Shown here piece by piece: positions 1 through 12,935 of a DNA stretch of 64,000 nucleotides. How positions within the stretch are numbered: position 1 is the stretch's first letter; each line of letters begins with the position of its first letter. The notes under the pieces were generated by a model. The model made no database searches and had not been told where the DNA came from. It saw only the letters and a program-made list of their open reading frames with translations. The position numbers and the translations under genes were made by a program. The DNA comes from Utricularia gibba (lineage: Eukaryota; Plantae; Magnoliophyta). The stretch covers positions 4,712,001 to 4,776,000 of the forward strand of contig CM007990.1 in NCBI GenBank assembly GCA_002189035.1, given 5' to 3'.

Positions 1-33
1 TTCTTCTTCTTCTTCTTCTGCTTCTTCTGCTTC
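1..33. repeat. (TTC)n microsatellite in the probable 5' leader of the CONSTANS-like gene
   Basis: The window opens with ttcttcttcttcttcttc, degenerating to ctgcttcttc. Confidence 0.85.
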
Positions 34-154
34 TCCTTGTTCTCATGAACTGTTCTTGTCTTCTGTAGAGTTGTCTGTCTTTTTTTGGGTTCTGATTAAA
101 TCATAAAGATTCATCCTTTTTTTGATCTTCCTTGGATTTGGGTGTTGTGTTGTA

Positions 155-1603
155 ATGGTGGGCTGCGATTTTTGCTGCGACCGAACGGCGATTCTCTTCT
201 GCCGTGCTGATAGCGCCAAGCTCTGTCTCTCGTGCGACCACCACGTGCACACTGCGAATGCTCTCTCGCAAAAACACCTCCGTTCCCAGATCTGCGATAA
301 CTGCGCCGCCCAGCCGGCCGGAACTCGTTGCGTTACCGACGGATTAGTCCTCTGTCAGGACTGCGATTGGGACGCCCACGGCAGCTGCGCCACCGGCCAT
401 GCTCGCTCCCCGCTCGAGGGCTTCACCGGTTGCCCGTCTCCCTTTGAATTGGCGTCATCCTGGGATTTGGAAATCACCGAGAGCAAACCGCCGTATGAGT
501 GGAGCGGACTTCTAGAGGAGCTGATGGTGCCCATCTTCTCCGATTACGGTGGCAAGAACTCAACTTGTGGGAAGCAGAAACAAGTGATTCTGAAACAGTT
601 ACTGGAACTCATGTCTCACAGCGGCGTCGGTACCAGTCAGGATAAGGAAGAGATGGTGCCGCCCAGTACGCCGCCGTGTAGCACCCCTTGGCAACTCGAG
701 AATTTCTGCCATCCGCCGCCGGAAAAGAAGCTTTCGCCGCAAAGCCAGAGCAACAGTTTCACAACAATGCTGATACAACCCGTTCCCAAACAAGAACCAT
801 GGAACAGTAATAACAGTCGAGCTCAGGTACTGCAGTTTTCTCAAGTCAAATTCTGTATAGATTGCTGGGACCAATTCTGCAGCATCAAAATCCTTCCCCT
901 TTCTGCAGATTTGGGATTTCAATCGGGGACAGTTAAGGGGAAAAGACGACTGCAGCCCAGGAGACTTAGAGTACGGTGGGGATCTCGTCTTCAACAGCAA
1001 TTCTTACAGTGATCTGGTAAAGGAGACTTCTTTGGCCAAGAGACGGGGCCTCAAGATTCCTGTTGTAGATTTTTCTGTCTCCAACAAGGACACGATCCCC
1101 TTCTATGTAAGAAATCTTGGAACACTTATGCCAGAGTTCCTGTGTAGCCTGATAAAGATTTGATCTTTTCAAATGGGCAGGCTCTGGCGAACAGTAACCA
1201 CATACTCATTCAGGACCAGCAACATCAGAAAGCAACACTTTACAACCATCACAGGCCGGCAACGAGAGACCGTCCTATGATGGGATACAAGACTTGTACT
1301 TTGCAGATCAGTCGATGCCACTTCGGAGCGACGGTGCGTCGGCTGCGACGATGAAGGCGAACATGGAACTTCTAGCGAAAAATCGAGGCGATGCGGTGAC
1401 ACGATACAAGGAAAAGAGGAAAACTAGGAGGTAGATGGAGTTCTCTACCCCGGATACTCAGTCTACTGTATTCTGATGATATCACTGACATTTCGCTTGT
1501 TTGTAGATATGACAAGCACATTAGATACGAATCAAGAAAGGCAAGAGCGGATACTAGGAAGCGAGTGAAGGGCAGATTCGTGAAGGCTACAGAAGAATCA
1601 TAG
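155..1603 (+). CDS. CONSTANS-like B-box/CCT zinc-finger protein (COL13-15 type), 4 exons; apparent -1 frameshift at 1213-1214
   Basis: Tandem B-boxes [20 protein letters not shown] and [14 protein letters not shown]; QIWDFN across intron 827-908. The CCT domain ([17 protein letters not shown]|[26 protein letters not shown]) is split by an intron; stop TAG at 1601-1603. Adding one G at cagga restores QGPATSESN. Confidence 0.9.
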
Positions 1604-2102
1604 GATGGTCTCATGCTTTCTGTGGGCTTGTTGCCGCTTGAATTTCAGTGTACATTGTGCTGATTTCAGCACTTTTTTGCCTGTCGAATGGAACTGTAGT
1701 TCTGTCATCATTTGTTGATGTTGAAAAGCTTAGAAGGAAAAGGCATTCTTCATGAAACCGGGAGATGCAAATGATTATACTTAATAGGGAAGTGGATGCT
1801 GGTTTCATCCACGAAGAGTGAGTTTCTGCATTAACTCCATCTACCTCTGGTTTGGACTGAAATGCAGCTATGGCATTGAAGGCAGCAGCGGACTGATGAT
1901 AAATGAAACCAGGGGTTTCTTACCAGAACAATCATTTCCCAGGAGGATAGCAAGGCCAATGGCGGTTGACAGAGTTATGAGAACTTTTACTCTTCATCTG
2001 CTTCTTCATATGAACGCCGTGATAGTCCCTCCCCTTTTTTGTCTGAAAATTCTGTATTTCTGTTCAATCCTGGACCCAAATCTCTGGTGGCTGATGAAAA
2101 AA

Positions 2103-2725
2103 ATGAAGGATCTGTCTTTATATCTGCTCAAGAACGCTTTCGGCGTGAAGGTGAAAAAGGGGTTCAACAACTTCTGCAGCGGAGAGGGTTCCACGACGAC
2201 ACTGGAGCAGCAGAATTTGGGTTCGGCGTTTGAGGACATGATTCTCCGGCTGGAGATGGAGGAGAAAAATGGGCGAAGAATGTCGAGTGTGAACAGGTCT
2301 GATATTCTGAGGAGTGCCAAAAATGCTTTGAATCAATATCCACGATTCTCCCTCGACGGGAAAGACGCAATGTACAGAGTTTCCTTCACGGCGCCGATGA
2401 GAGCAGAGTTGCCGGCTGTGCTGGGCGGAGAGAGGGTGGTTTGGTGCAAACCCGGAGTGGTGGCGAAGCTGATGGGATTGGAGGCGGTTCCGGTACCTCT
2501 GGGTCTGAATAGTCGTCGCCAGCGGATAAATTGGCGGCGCAGATACGGCGGCTGAATCTCAGGAGGAGAGGCGAAACGAAGGAGATGCAGAGGAGAAGAG
2601 CCAAAGTGGTGCCGTGCTCCCAAAACGCCCGCGTTCCGCTGCCGGAGTCCCTCCGGTTCACCGATGGCCACGTAGGATGGCCCATGGGTCACTTCGCTAG
2701 ACAAGTCGGCCCAACCCATAATTAG
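2103..2725 (+). CDS. Intronless uncharacterised plant protein with VARLMGL/DUF3741-like motif; apparent -1 frameshift at 2524-2525
   Basis: Begins MKDLSLYLLKNAFGVKVKKGFNNFC and contains KPGVVAKLMGLEAVP. One extra G joins RQR to DKLAAQIRRLNLRRRGETKEMQRRR, which is ORF 2531..2725. Confidence 0.7.
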
Positions 2726-3545
2726 TATGGCTCATCACTCCTCGTCCCAACACTTGCAGGCCCTAATTCTTACAGGCCCAAGGCATTACTTGTTGCTTTA
2801 CATTCAAATCAAACATTTATTAATGGGCTTTATATTCTCATTTTTTTAATGAAAATTACAAAAATGTTACTATTATTCTCCGTGTTTAAATTTTTAGCCT
2901 AACTAATCTTTTAAAAAAAATGATAAAATTGGTATACATTATTTAAAAAATTGGTTTAAAAAATTAAAAACCACTAATTATTTAAAAATTTGATAAAAAT
3001 TAATCATCAACTAGTTTTTGAATACTAGTAATTAATTACGTTTGATGGTCAAGTAATGAAACATAAAAAATGTCTAAAATTTAAAAGTTTGAAATTTGAG
3101 GAATAATTATACTTGATATAATAAAATTTGAAAATTAATTATCCTATATAAAACATTGGAGACCAATTTTGACAATGAGTATGAGATATATAATCTATAT
3201 TAAAAGGTAGAAATAATTTTATCAAAATATTTAATATTGGTATTTTTAAGGTAAATTACTCATTTATTAATTAATAATTTATTACATTTCAAAAATATGC
3301 AAATCAAGGTTTTAATAACTTAAAAAAAATTAAACGATCAATAAAGACATCGGCAAGGTTTTAATTTATTATTAAATGTGGACGCGTGGATGCGATTAAT
3401 TGGTTTACGAGGGCAGGGCGATTAATTGGTCATGTTAAGTCAACCCAACATGAGCAACAAGAAAGGGCGGCATTCCTTTTCTGAAATTTATTTATTATCT
3501 ATTTTATTGTGGAAATTCACGCAGCACGTGGACACAGCAAGTGTC

Positions 3546-4048
3546 TCAGGCTTGACACTGGAAGCAGGGCGGGGCGGGTTTGCCGCAGTCTTCGAGGACA
3601 CGGCGACACTTGGGGTACAGAAGGTTGATGTTGAGCGTCGCCTTGGCTTTCACGGCGGTGCAGAGGCAAGAGGCGGCCTCCCAGTCCGACAGACGTTGGA
3701 TCACAGGGCAACACACCGCCTTCGGGTCTGTACCAATCCCGATCCCGACGTGCACCAATCCACCTAAGACGTCGATGCAGGCTTCAAGTTCCACTGTAGC
3801 GATGGGACACGGCGGTGTATACGTTGGGCACGTCGTTTCCGGCGGTTTTGGAACTGTCGGTGGATTGTAAACCGGCGGCGGCTTGACGACCGGCGGGGGG
3901 TGTATACGGGGGGAGGCTTGACCACCGGCGGAGGATTGTATGGTGGCACCTTCGGCGACGGTGTGTAGGGGCATTCATTGCAGGCTAGAGAAGCATGAAA
4001 AGTGGCGAAGGTGAGGACAAGCAGGAAGAATTGAGTAAGCGTCGCCAT
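3546..4048 (-). CDS. Hybrid proline-rich protein (signal peptide, Pro-rich repeats, 8-Cys LTP-like domain), copy 1; apparent frameshift at 3895-3900
   Basis: Signal peptide MATLTQFFLLVLTFA, PPVVKPPPVY repeats, then CPIATVELEACIDVLGGL..CCPVI..AASCLCTAVKA..CGK. ORFs 3764..4084 and 3546..3974 join with one extra C. Confidence 0.9.
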
Positions 4049-4949
4049 GGCGATGGAACAAGGAAGGCGTCTGTGTGTGCTCAATTTGGAACTTCAACCC
4101 TCCCTTTTATAGAGTTCAGTTGGGCAAAAATAAAATATTGTAACCTGCATGCATGAAAGCGCGTTGCATACCCAAATTATCTTCCAGGGTGTCTCTTCTT
4201 GTAATAAGACGATGCGTTTTGTCCAAATCCAACCCCACAAGATGAGTGGTTTTCATACTTATCCCTTGTGAGTGCACCGCACCATCTTGTGGTTCGGATT
4301 GGATGTCCTAAATCATAAGCTCGATAATCCGAAGTCATAAAAGTATCTCCAATCGTCTATAGTTAAAATTCAACAGGTTCATTTTATGAGGAGATTCTTT
4401 TTATAAGACATGAGTAACTCTCTAGAGATGCAACTCCCCACTTGTCCATCAAATAAATTAGTTCATTGATTACATAGTACAATTTTGCGTCACATAGAAT
4501 TGGTCTTATAAATCCAAATTTTTTTCACTATATTAGAATACATAATCGAATAATGGAAAAATGAAAGTGAAATTTTCAAATATATAAGAAATTGTAAATT
4601 ACTAATAATTTATTGAGCTTAATCTTTATATTGTAATTTACATTTATTATGTATTTGGATTTCATGTGTGTTCGCGTGGTATATCAAATCCTGAATTTCA
4701 TCATACTAAAGAATAAAATGAATTTAATAACATGATCTAGTAACTGTTTTCACATAGATTATGGATGAGTAAGGTATGTGATTAAATCTAATAACCCAAT
4801 CTAGTTATATATGAAACCGTTTTCTTATAAATAAAAAAACGTAAAATTGTAAGGTTTAAATATTATAATTCACCAATATTGAATAATAAAAGTGTCAATA
4901 ATTATATTTAAGTATTGATTAATTAAGAGATTTTTTCTACTTCAGTACC

Positions 4950-5260
4950 ATTTCGCGACCCTGGGTCCCTCCCTATCTGGGGTCTATGCTATCCCAGAAA
5001 ATCTTGTGAGTAAGTCAGATTTGCGTCGCAGGGGCTCTGATTTATGCGCAAATCTTGTCGGCCGATCCTTGACTCTGCGTCAGTGAATCTTGGCTCCACC
5101 AGTGACAATGCCTTCCTTTGTGAATTCGGGTTTCACCCATGGTTTCGCAGCTGTTAAAACTAAGGAATACAACGAGTACGATTAGGAAGGGATTGGTTGA
5201 AGAGTCTTATCTTATACATTGAATGATTGGTGTTTCTGTAGTTCAATCTTTTCTGTCAGT
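4950..5260 (+). mobile_element. Possible degenerate LINE (L1, zf-RVT region) remnant
   Basis: GC-richer island in an AT-rich spacer. The translation LVSKSDLRRRGSDLC resembles the L1 motif LPTKDNLRRRG, but it is broken by stops. Confidence 0.3.
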
Positions 5261-5699
5261 TTGCGTTTTTAGAGGAATACGTACAATGCAATTCCAGCTG
5301 TAGGTAGCAAGAGTCGCGTAGGACACGGACACGGGGGGGTCGAGTCCAGCAGTGTCGTCTTTTGGCGCTGGCTCCAAGATTCAAACTTGCAATAGAGGGA
5401 TGGAGAAGACGACATCAGAAGCTGAGGTGGCCGCCGACCTCCTCTAGACAACTGGTGTCGGCAAGGCGAAATGGGAATATATGGCTTACCAAATAAGGGT
5501 TTTATGCCCACACTGTTTGACTAATCGACTCCAATTGCATAAATATACCCAAAAAGAAAAAGCAATCCGTACAACGATTTCAACACATTATTCTTTTGTA
5601 CTCAAAAGTTGTGTGTGCTGTTTTTACTTGTATTTTTATCAAAAGTAATTTTGTACATACTTGATCATATTTATGTTTCTGATTTTGAGTAGAATAAAT

Positions 5700-6115
5700 T
5701 TTAGTTATAATTAAAAATGATTAGAAATAAAAATAGTTAATTCTACTTCTCATTTCTATTTTGGACACCAGATTCTCGAAAATATCTATTTTTGTAATTT
5801 TTACAAAACACGTCATTTTTATTTCTACTTCTTCAAAAAATTTCTAATTCTACTTTTCACTTTTCCAAAAGTAAAAACAACATTCAAATTTTTTTCAAAA
5901 TACTACTTTAAATAAGTGTTTTGGAAAATTTTGAAATGTTGTTTTTACTTTGGAAAAATAAAAAGCATAACTTGAAATATTTTACAACAAATAGAGATAT
6001 AAATGAGTTGTTTTGAAAATATTATAGAAATAGAAATATTTTCAAGAATTTTATTTCAAAAATAGAAATGAGAAATATTTTTTCTTATTTCTACTTCTAA
6101 CTAATTTTAACTATG
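5700..6115. mobile_element. AT-rich foldback/MITE-like element, near-palindromic about ~5910
   Basis: Left arm ttccaaaagtaaaaacaacattcaaatt pairs with right arm ttgaaatgttgtttttactttggaa. Outer ttctcatttctatttt pairs with aaaaatagaaatgagaa. No TSD identified. Confidence 0.65.
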
Positions 6116-7019
6116 CTTAAAAATTATTTTTGTAAAAAAAAAAAAGAAATAGTAAGTATTCTAGGTAAAATTATTTTCAATAAAAACATAAATAAAAACA
6201 GTATTCAAATATTTTCAAGACCGCAATTAACCTTCTCTTATAAATTCACCTATTAACAAATAGAAGTTACATGATGATGCAATTACGGGGGCAACCGTAA
6301 AAGTTTCCATAGACAACTTCCGTCTTGATTAAAAACAATTAAAAACCCTTATGTATGTAAAAGCAGTGTTATGAAAACGGGTTCAACCCATCATACTGAT
6401 TATTCTTAATTTTGGATTAAATACTTTTTATAATGGTTTGAATCGATTTGAACCTATTATAAAACTTATATAAAATCTAAAAATAATTATCTAAATTTCA
6501 TATATTTTTTTAAATTTTTTATATAAGAAGTATTGATAGTGAATCCAAAAAATCATGGGATCAGGTTGAATCAGACCGAACCCTGGATTGAACCCATGAT
6601 TGTCAACTATTGTGTAAGAGACACGACATAGTTTACGAGGAAAAAGCTAAATCTTCGTCACCCCGATTACATCTCTTTGAAGTTTTACTATTTTATACAT
6701 GATTTTTTGTAATGGATCACTTGAATTTTTAAACCGATTTAAAAGGTGTGGTGGCTCACAAGTTTGAATATTCTAAGTGATAAATTTTTACTTTAGTTTG
6801 TGTGATATAAAGTAAAGGTGGTTTTTTTTTTCTAAATGGTGAATTTGGGACTTTTTGGACTAACAAAAATATGAAGTAATTTTCATAAGTGTGTTTGTAT
6901 TCCATTCCATATTGAAACTTGTGCTGTCACAGCGTTTATTTCACAAGGGGCATGAGATTATTCAAGAGAGTAACTCAAAACGACTAGGAGTACATGGGCG
7001 TGTCCGACGCGGCGGATTC

Positions 7020-7789
7020 TCAGGCCTGACACTGGAAGCAAGGTGGCACGGGTTTGCCGCAGTCTTCGAGGACACGGCGGCACCTGGGATAGAGAAGGTT
7101 GATGTTGAGAGTCGCCTTCGCTTTGACGGCGCTGCAGAGGCAAGACGCGGCCTCCCAGTCTGACAGATGCTGGATGGCCGGGCAGCACACAGATCTCGGG
7201 CTGCCCCCGATACCGATTCCGATCCCGATGTTAATCAGACCGCCCAAAACGTCCACGCAGGCGTCGAGTTCCACGGTAGCGATGGGACAAGTTGGCGCAT
7301 ACCGCGGGCACGTCGTTTCCGGGGGTGTCGGAATCGTCGGGGGATTGTACACTGGGGGCGGTTCCACCACCGGTGGAGGGGTGTAGACAGGGGGTGGCTT
7401 CACAACGGGCGGGGGCGTGTACACCGGCGGAGGGTTGTAAACGGGGGTGGCTTCACAACGGGCGGTGGAGTGTACACCGGCGGAGGGTTGTAAACGGGGG
7501 GTGGCTTCACAACGGGCGGGGGCGTGTACACCGGCGGAGGGTTGTAAACAGGGGGCGGCTTCACAACGGGCGGTGGGGTGTACACCGGAGGTGGCTTAAC
7601 AACCGGCGGAGGAGTGTAGGTGGGCGGCGACGGCGTGGGGTAGTGTACTGGGGGCAAATTGGGGGGCAGCCTGGGCGACGGCGTGTAGGGACATTCATTA
7701 CACGCTAGCGAAGCATACCAGGTGGCGATGTTGAACAGGAGCAGAGAAAACATCATCGTTCTTCTGCTGATTCGGCCAGGTGTCGCCAT
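7020..7789 (-). CDS. Hybrid proline-rich protein, copy 2 (tandem paralogue with expanded repeats); apparent frameshift at 7443-7447
   Basis: ORFs 7400..7864 and 7020..7424 join with one extra base. The 8-Cys domain is nearly identical to copy 1 (CPIATVELDACVDVLGGL..CCPAI..AASCLCSAVKA). Confidence 0.9.
7370..7625 (-). repeat. Coding tandem repeats encoding PPPVVKPPPVY(T/N)
   Basis: Repeated units such as ggcttcacaacgggcgg and gtgtacaccggcggagggttgtaaac on the + strand. Confidence 0.9.
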
Positions 7790-10445
7790 GCTGACACACC
7801 AATGAAGAAGAAGAAGAAGAAGCTTTTCCACTGGAGTGGTGTCTGTGTGTCCCAAGCCCGCCATTTATAGATCTCAAAACCGCGTCCTCCTGCCCTGAAT
7901 ATCCGCCATTTTTTTCCAGAAGCGCGTGCGGCCTCGGCGTCCCTACGTTTGGCCCCAAACAGCCTGCAATTTGTCATCATCCCCACTCCCCAGATCCCCC
8001 AATCCTCATACTTATCCCCTCTCTGGTGCTTACAAGACGATATACATGGAGCAGGGGCACCCTCAATGCCGCTTATTACAAACTGCATCCCTCGAATGCA
8101 ATGGGATTTGTCGGGTCAATAGAATACTCAAAATTCATCTGGTTTAAATGATTTTCAACTGAACATAACACCAATTAAATCAAATATCATTTCATTTCTC
8201 ATCTGAAACCAAATACACCTTAAGACTATGTATTAAATACTACTAAAGGTTATTTGATAGTTAATGTACGGTAGATTAGTTTAACTGTTCAAATATATTT
8301 GATAAATTAGTTTAATACTACACGAGTATTTTTCGAATTAGGTATTTCAAAACTCAATCTTTAGCTGAGTTTTACTAAACAACTCAATTTATAAAATATT
8401 TGTATCAAACAAACTTTAATATTAACTACATAATACATGTTTATCTAGGTATAAATAACTTAAATATATTACTATCCTCTCAAACATACCGTTTAAATTT
8501 ATATTTTAAATAAAATCATATTCTCACCCAAATTTTTGCTTACATTGACGGTGTGTGGATTCAAATATATTGAAAAATGTATTATTATAGATATTAGATG
8601 GGAGGGAGATATGTGGATAAAATGAAATACTTTAGTTGATGAAAACTGAGAAATATTTTATTTATATAAAAAAGATAATTATGCCATCATCATTTTCAAG
8701 AATTTTAGACGAATTGTACTTTGATTATAGATGAGATAAAAGGATACTTTATATAGATGATTTTTTTTTTAATCTTGAATGAATTTTTTTTAGAAGATGA
8801 GAACATAAAATCGTGAAGATTAAGAATAAATTGAGTTGTTGGAAAATATATAAAGCAAAAATGTAAATAAAATGATCAAAATCCAATGTAAAAAAAAAAA
8901 GGTTATTTAACAGGATTTGATAAAATCTAATTTTTAATAAAACCCTGTAAAAATCGGGATTCATAAAATAAATCAGGATATTTACGCCTATAATTATCTC
9001 TTCATTTTTTCCACGTTATCCACATTGTAGAATTCAGCGGATCCTCCCCCTCCCTGGATCGATGTTCATGTACGTGAGTGTCCAGTTGTATGGAGCAGCT
9101 CAGTCACAGCGAGTCGACGACATGCCGACACGGTGTCCTACTTTTGTCTGAACTCCAAATTTTCAAACTTGTATCAAAGAGAAGGCGAAGAAGAAGACAC
9201 TCGACAAGCTGTGCCGGATGCAGACCTCCGAATCCTTTCCTGGGCGTGTAGAGCCCTCCCGAATCAAAGTCGCCGGGTTCCCACTTATAGTATGCCTTCT
9301 GATATCAAGATGAATTAGTTTAGGAACACTATATTTGGTTTACGGGATTACAGTTTAATTTATTTGGATTTAAATAAATATAATATAATGAGAATAGTTT
9401 CTTTTTGTGAACGATTGATACAAACATTGTTTATTAAAAATGATACACTTAGTCCCCAATATATAATCGTGATTTAACTATGATTTGATTGCAATTTAAT
9501 GTTATTTTGATAAAATATTAAAAAAATTAGGCAATAGTATGTATAATTTATTCTATGACTTATAATTTAAAGTAAAATTAAAATTTTTATATATTATAGT
9601 AGTGTTCTGGAAAATTTTTGTAAAATGTTTTACTTTTCAAAATTATTTTTAAAAAATAGAAATAAGAAGTAAAATTAATCAATTTCTTATTTTTCTAAAA
9701 AAAAAATTTGTAATATAATTTTAAAAATATTTTTATCAAAATTATTTTTACAATTGAAATTATTTTAAAATAAAATTATTTTTATTTTTGAAAAATATAA
9801 ATAATTTTTAAATATTTTCCAAATTACTATTTATATCTAATTATTCTAAAATTTAACTTTTACTTCTATTTCTAACTATTATCAATTTATTTTAATTTTA
9901 TCTACTTTAACTATTTATCATACACGTTAAAAAAATATGATTTATTCAATCAATAAATTGCTTAATTTCATATAGATTGTTTTTTGATCTATTTACGCAC
10001 TAACTTCTACTTATTTTTATAAGAAGAAGTTATTGATTAAGTGGAACACATTATACTAGAAAATCCAAACTTTCTAGAGAGGTATTACATGTTGGGCCGT
10101 CCAAACTACAGCCTAAATTAAGGGGTTGACTTGGCCCATAATGGATATGAATATTGGGCCCCGCCATCCGCGATTCCGCACGGGGTATTGGGCCCAGCCA
10201 TTCGTGCAAATTTTCTCTAGGTGAAAAGAAGCGTTTCACTGGCTCTTTGTCTGGTCTTTTGCCGGCCATAAATTGCCCAGCAGGTTGGGAATCACCGTTA
10301 CACTGCTCGAAAGTCGAAAAGCCATTTCTGCAATTCAATTATTGCAAGCAACAAGGAATAGGAGAAGACACCGGCTGTGCTGCTGCTGCCCTTTACGTCG
10401 CACTGCTAGTTATTCTGCTCAGGGGAACTGATCCCAATCCTGGAC

Positions 10446-11841
10446 ATGGCGTTTTACATTCTTTCTCATCTTCTTCTCTGTTTACTTGTATTCTCATCCG
10501 TACATGGAGATTCTGAAGGTGATGTATTCAGTTAGAGGTTGATGGGAGGTTTTTGTTTCTGATTGTTGATGTCTTGGGGTCTCTTTTTACAGGGGATGCT
10601 CTGTATGCACTGAGGAGAGCTGTTCATGACCCGCAAAATGTCCTTCAGAGCTGGGATCCAACGCTTGTGGACCCGTGTACTTGGTTTCATGTCACCTGTG
10701 ATAACGAAAACAGGGTTACTCGACTGTAATCCCTTTGACCCGGATACTGTTCTAATTGCACGCCCTTAATTCGTCCTCGTGTTCAAGTTTTGATTTTTGT
10801 GGTTTCTTCGTTTCCAGGGATCTTGGGAACGCGAAGCTATCAGGAAGCCTTGTTCCTGAATTGGGCAAACTGGAACGCCTTCAGTATCTGTGAGCAAAAA
10901 AAAAATACTTTCTTTTCATCTTCATCACTTTTCTATTGAGAAGTCGTTCGACTGAAATTCTGGGTTTCATCTGTTTTAGCTTCGGTATGAGTGAGTGATT
11001 GCGGATTTGCTCCTGGGGGTGTGTTTTTGAAGCTGAAACGTTGTAGTTGCTCTCGCATTAACTGCAGGGCTAATGAGTTAGAAAAGTGGCCACTGTCACT
11101 TTCTCTCTCACGCAGTGAGGCAAAAATTTTACACATAGGGTGGGCACTTTTCTCACACAGTGAGATGACAGTGGCCACTTTTTTAAATCACCCCGTTGAT
11201 AACGCGTCGTTGCATTTAATGAAGAAGACGAAGTTTTAGTTGGTGAATTTTTGCAGGGAACTGTACATGAACAACTTTACTGGAACTATCCCCACAGAGC
11301 TTGGCATGTTGAAAAATCTCGTGAGCCTTGACCTGTACCACAACAACCTTTCTGGGTCCATTCCCTCGTCTTTCTCACAGCTCACAAAACTTAAGTTTCT
11401 GTAAGCATTCCCGGTTCAGTTTTTTTCATTCATTATACACTTGTTCGGACAACATACATTGTGTTGATCTCAGGAGGCTGAATGGGAATAGGCTAACAGG
11501 GAGAATTCCAAGGGAATTGTCAGAGCTTGGAAACCTCAAAATTTTGTAAGAGTCATCTGTTTGTTCTGTAGAAGCTGTTATGGTGTACCTTCTGATTTCC
11601 TTCTGCATGATGCAGCGATGTCTCGAACAACGATTTATGCGGTACAATCCCCTCCTCTGGATCATTCACAAAGTTCACTGAAGAAAGGTAAGCTCTATAG
11701 CAATGTCTGTGCACATTACAGAATTGTGATGAAGGGGTCATTGAAGTATTCCCATTTGCTCGTAGTTTCATGAACAACTCGCGGTTGGAAGGCCCTGAAC
11801 TGATCGGCTTTGTGACTTACGATGTGGGAGCCTGCACTTGA
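10446..11841 (+). CDS. Secreted LRR-only protein (SERK-ectodomain-like, LRR1/LRR2 family), 7 exons
   Basis: Signal peptide, then [36 protein letters not shown], with one or two LRRs per exon ([24 protein letters not shown] etc.). Ends [10 protein letters not shown] with TGA at 11839-11841. No transmembrane or kinase domain. Confidence 0.9.
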
Positions 11842-12935
11842 ACGCTAACTTATCGGCTTTGTGAATGAGAATGAGTCTTATCTGACTCCACTGTTAACTC
11901 ATGAATATTTGGTGAAAACGGGGTGTCGTTCTTTGCCCTGCTAATGCAGTTTCTTACTTAAATCTGAAGCAGCACAGTACAGTACAGTAAATACAGTGCC
12001 TTTTATCTTGAACAGAACCGAAATCCAGGCAGTCCCTGGAGCTGCTTTACCTGCAAACTTTACTCCTCAATCAGCCGTGTGGGGAGATGAAGGAATGAAC
12101 TTGAGCGTGGCAAAACACAGCCATTCGATCGTTGGTGCCACGCCATGTGCGTCACCAGCATGAGACCCCAAGCATTCGACCCACACACCCCACCTTGAAC
12201 AGAGCCTTATGCGTGTAGAAGATGAAGAAGCAGATGGATAGGAAGTTGCAGCAGCACGCTGATGGACTACTGTGTAAGCCACGTGGCATTGCTTACATGT
12301 GTGCAGTGGTCAAACGCCTTCCAAGCGTCTTCCTGTCTCCTAGCCAAACGCAAGAGGAACAGAACAACAAACATGTTGGGGAAGGAAGCGTGTGGGATCA
12401 AGCTACTTTATGTGCTCTTTCCTTTACTGCGGCGGAATTCGAGTTCCCCATGCCGTATTTTTTGAATGCGGACCAAGAAACCTGCAAAATGTCACTGTTG
12501 CAGGGATTCTCAGCAAGCTTCGTTTTCTGGGAACCCAACGCTGTCCTCCAACTCATTGTTTCCAACCTTTTTTTATTATGTGACTAAGATTTACTTCAAT
12601 CTTATTCTGATAGTGTTCCCTGCAGAACGTCTATCCTGAGCTCTTATTCTCCTTTTTTGTGTTCATTTTTTGTTCTTGTTCGCTTCCTTCCAGAGCTACT
12701 AAAAAGATGATGCTGCTAATTTGATTGAATAGCTAGCTGCAAAGGAGGAGCAGGGCACAGGGGTCTCTATTACAAAAGGAAAGAAACATAGTAGTTTTGA
12801 GTACAGGCATGATGCTGACGATCCTTCTGACTTGTAACCTTTTGAACACCAAACCGCCGCCTAGGAGGAGGATAAATGTTGATGGCAGAGATATGCGGCC
12901 TGCAGAACCACCACTAAATCCATGAAATCTCGCTT

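Noticed and set aside
1852-1870. TTGGACTGAA matches the first 10 nt of miR319/159
   Set aside because: The sequence diverges after position 10 and no complementary star arm is visible.
6362-6612. Possible hAT-type MITE starting CAGTGTTATGAAAAC with GGTTC/GAACC subterminal motifs
   Set aside because: The right terminus matches poorly and no 8-bp TSD was found.
3580-7708. Long Gly/Val-rich plus-strand ORFs (3580-3870, 7099-7708)
   Set aside because: Antisense shadows of the Pro-rich HyPRP coding repeats.
8090-8492. Tourist/Harbinger-like ends (ccaaatacaccttaa, tcaaacatacc) and a small central palindrome
   Set aside because: Too degenerate to set boundaries; probably TE debris.
9030-9330. GC-richer island resembling a solo LTR
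   Set aside because: No clear TG..CA termini, PBS, PPT or TSD.
11990-12930. Several 60-120 aa ORFs and a perfect G-box (12278-12287) between the convergent LRR and NAC genes
   Set aside because: No recognisable domain; explained by two 3' UTRs and a spacer.
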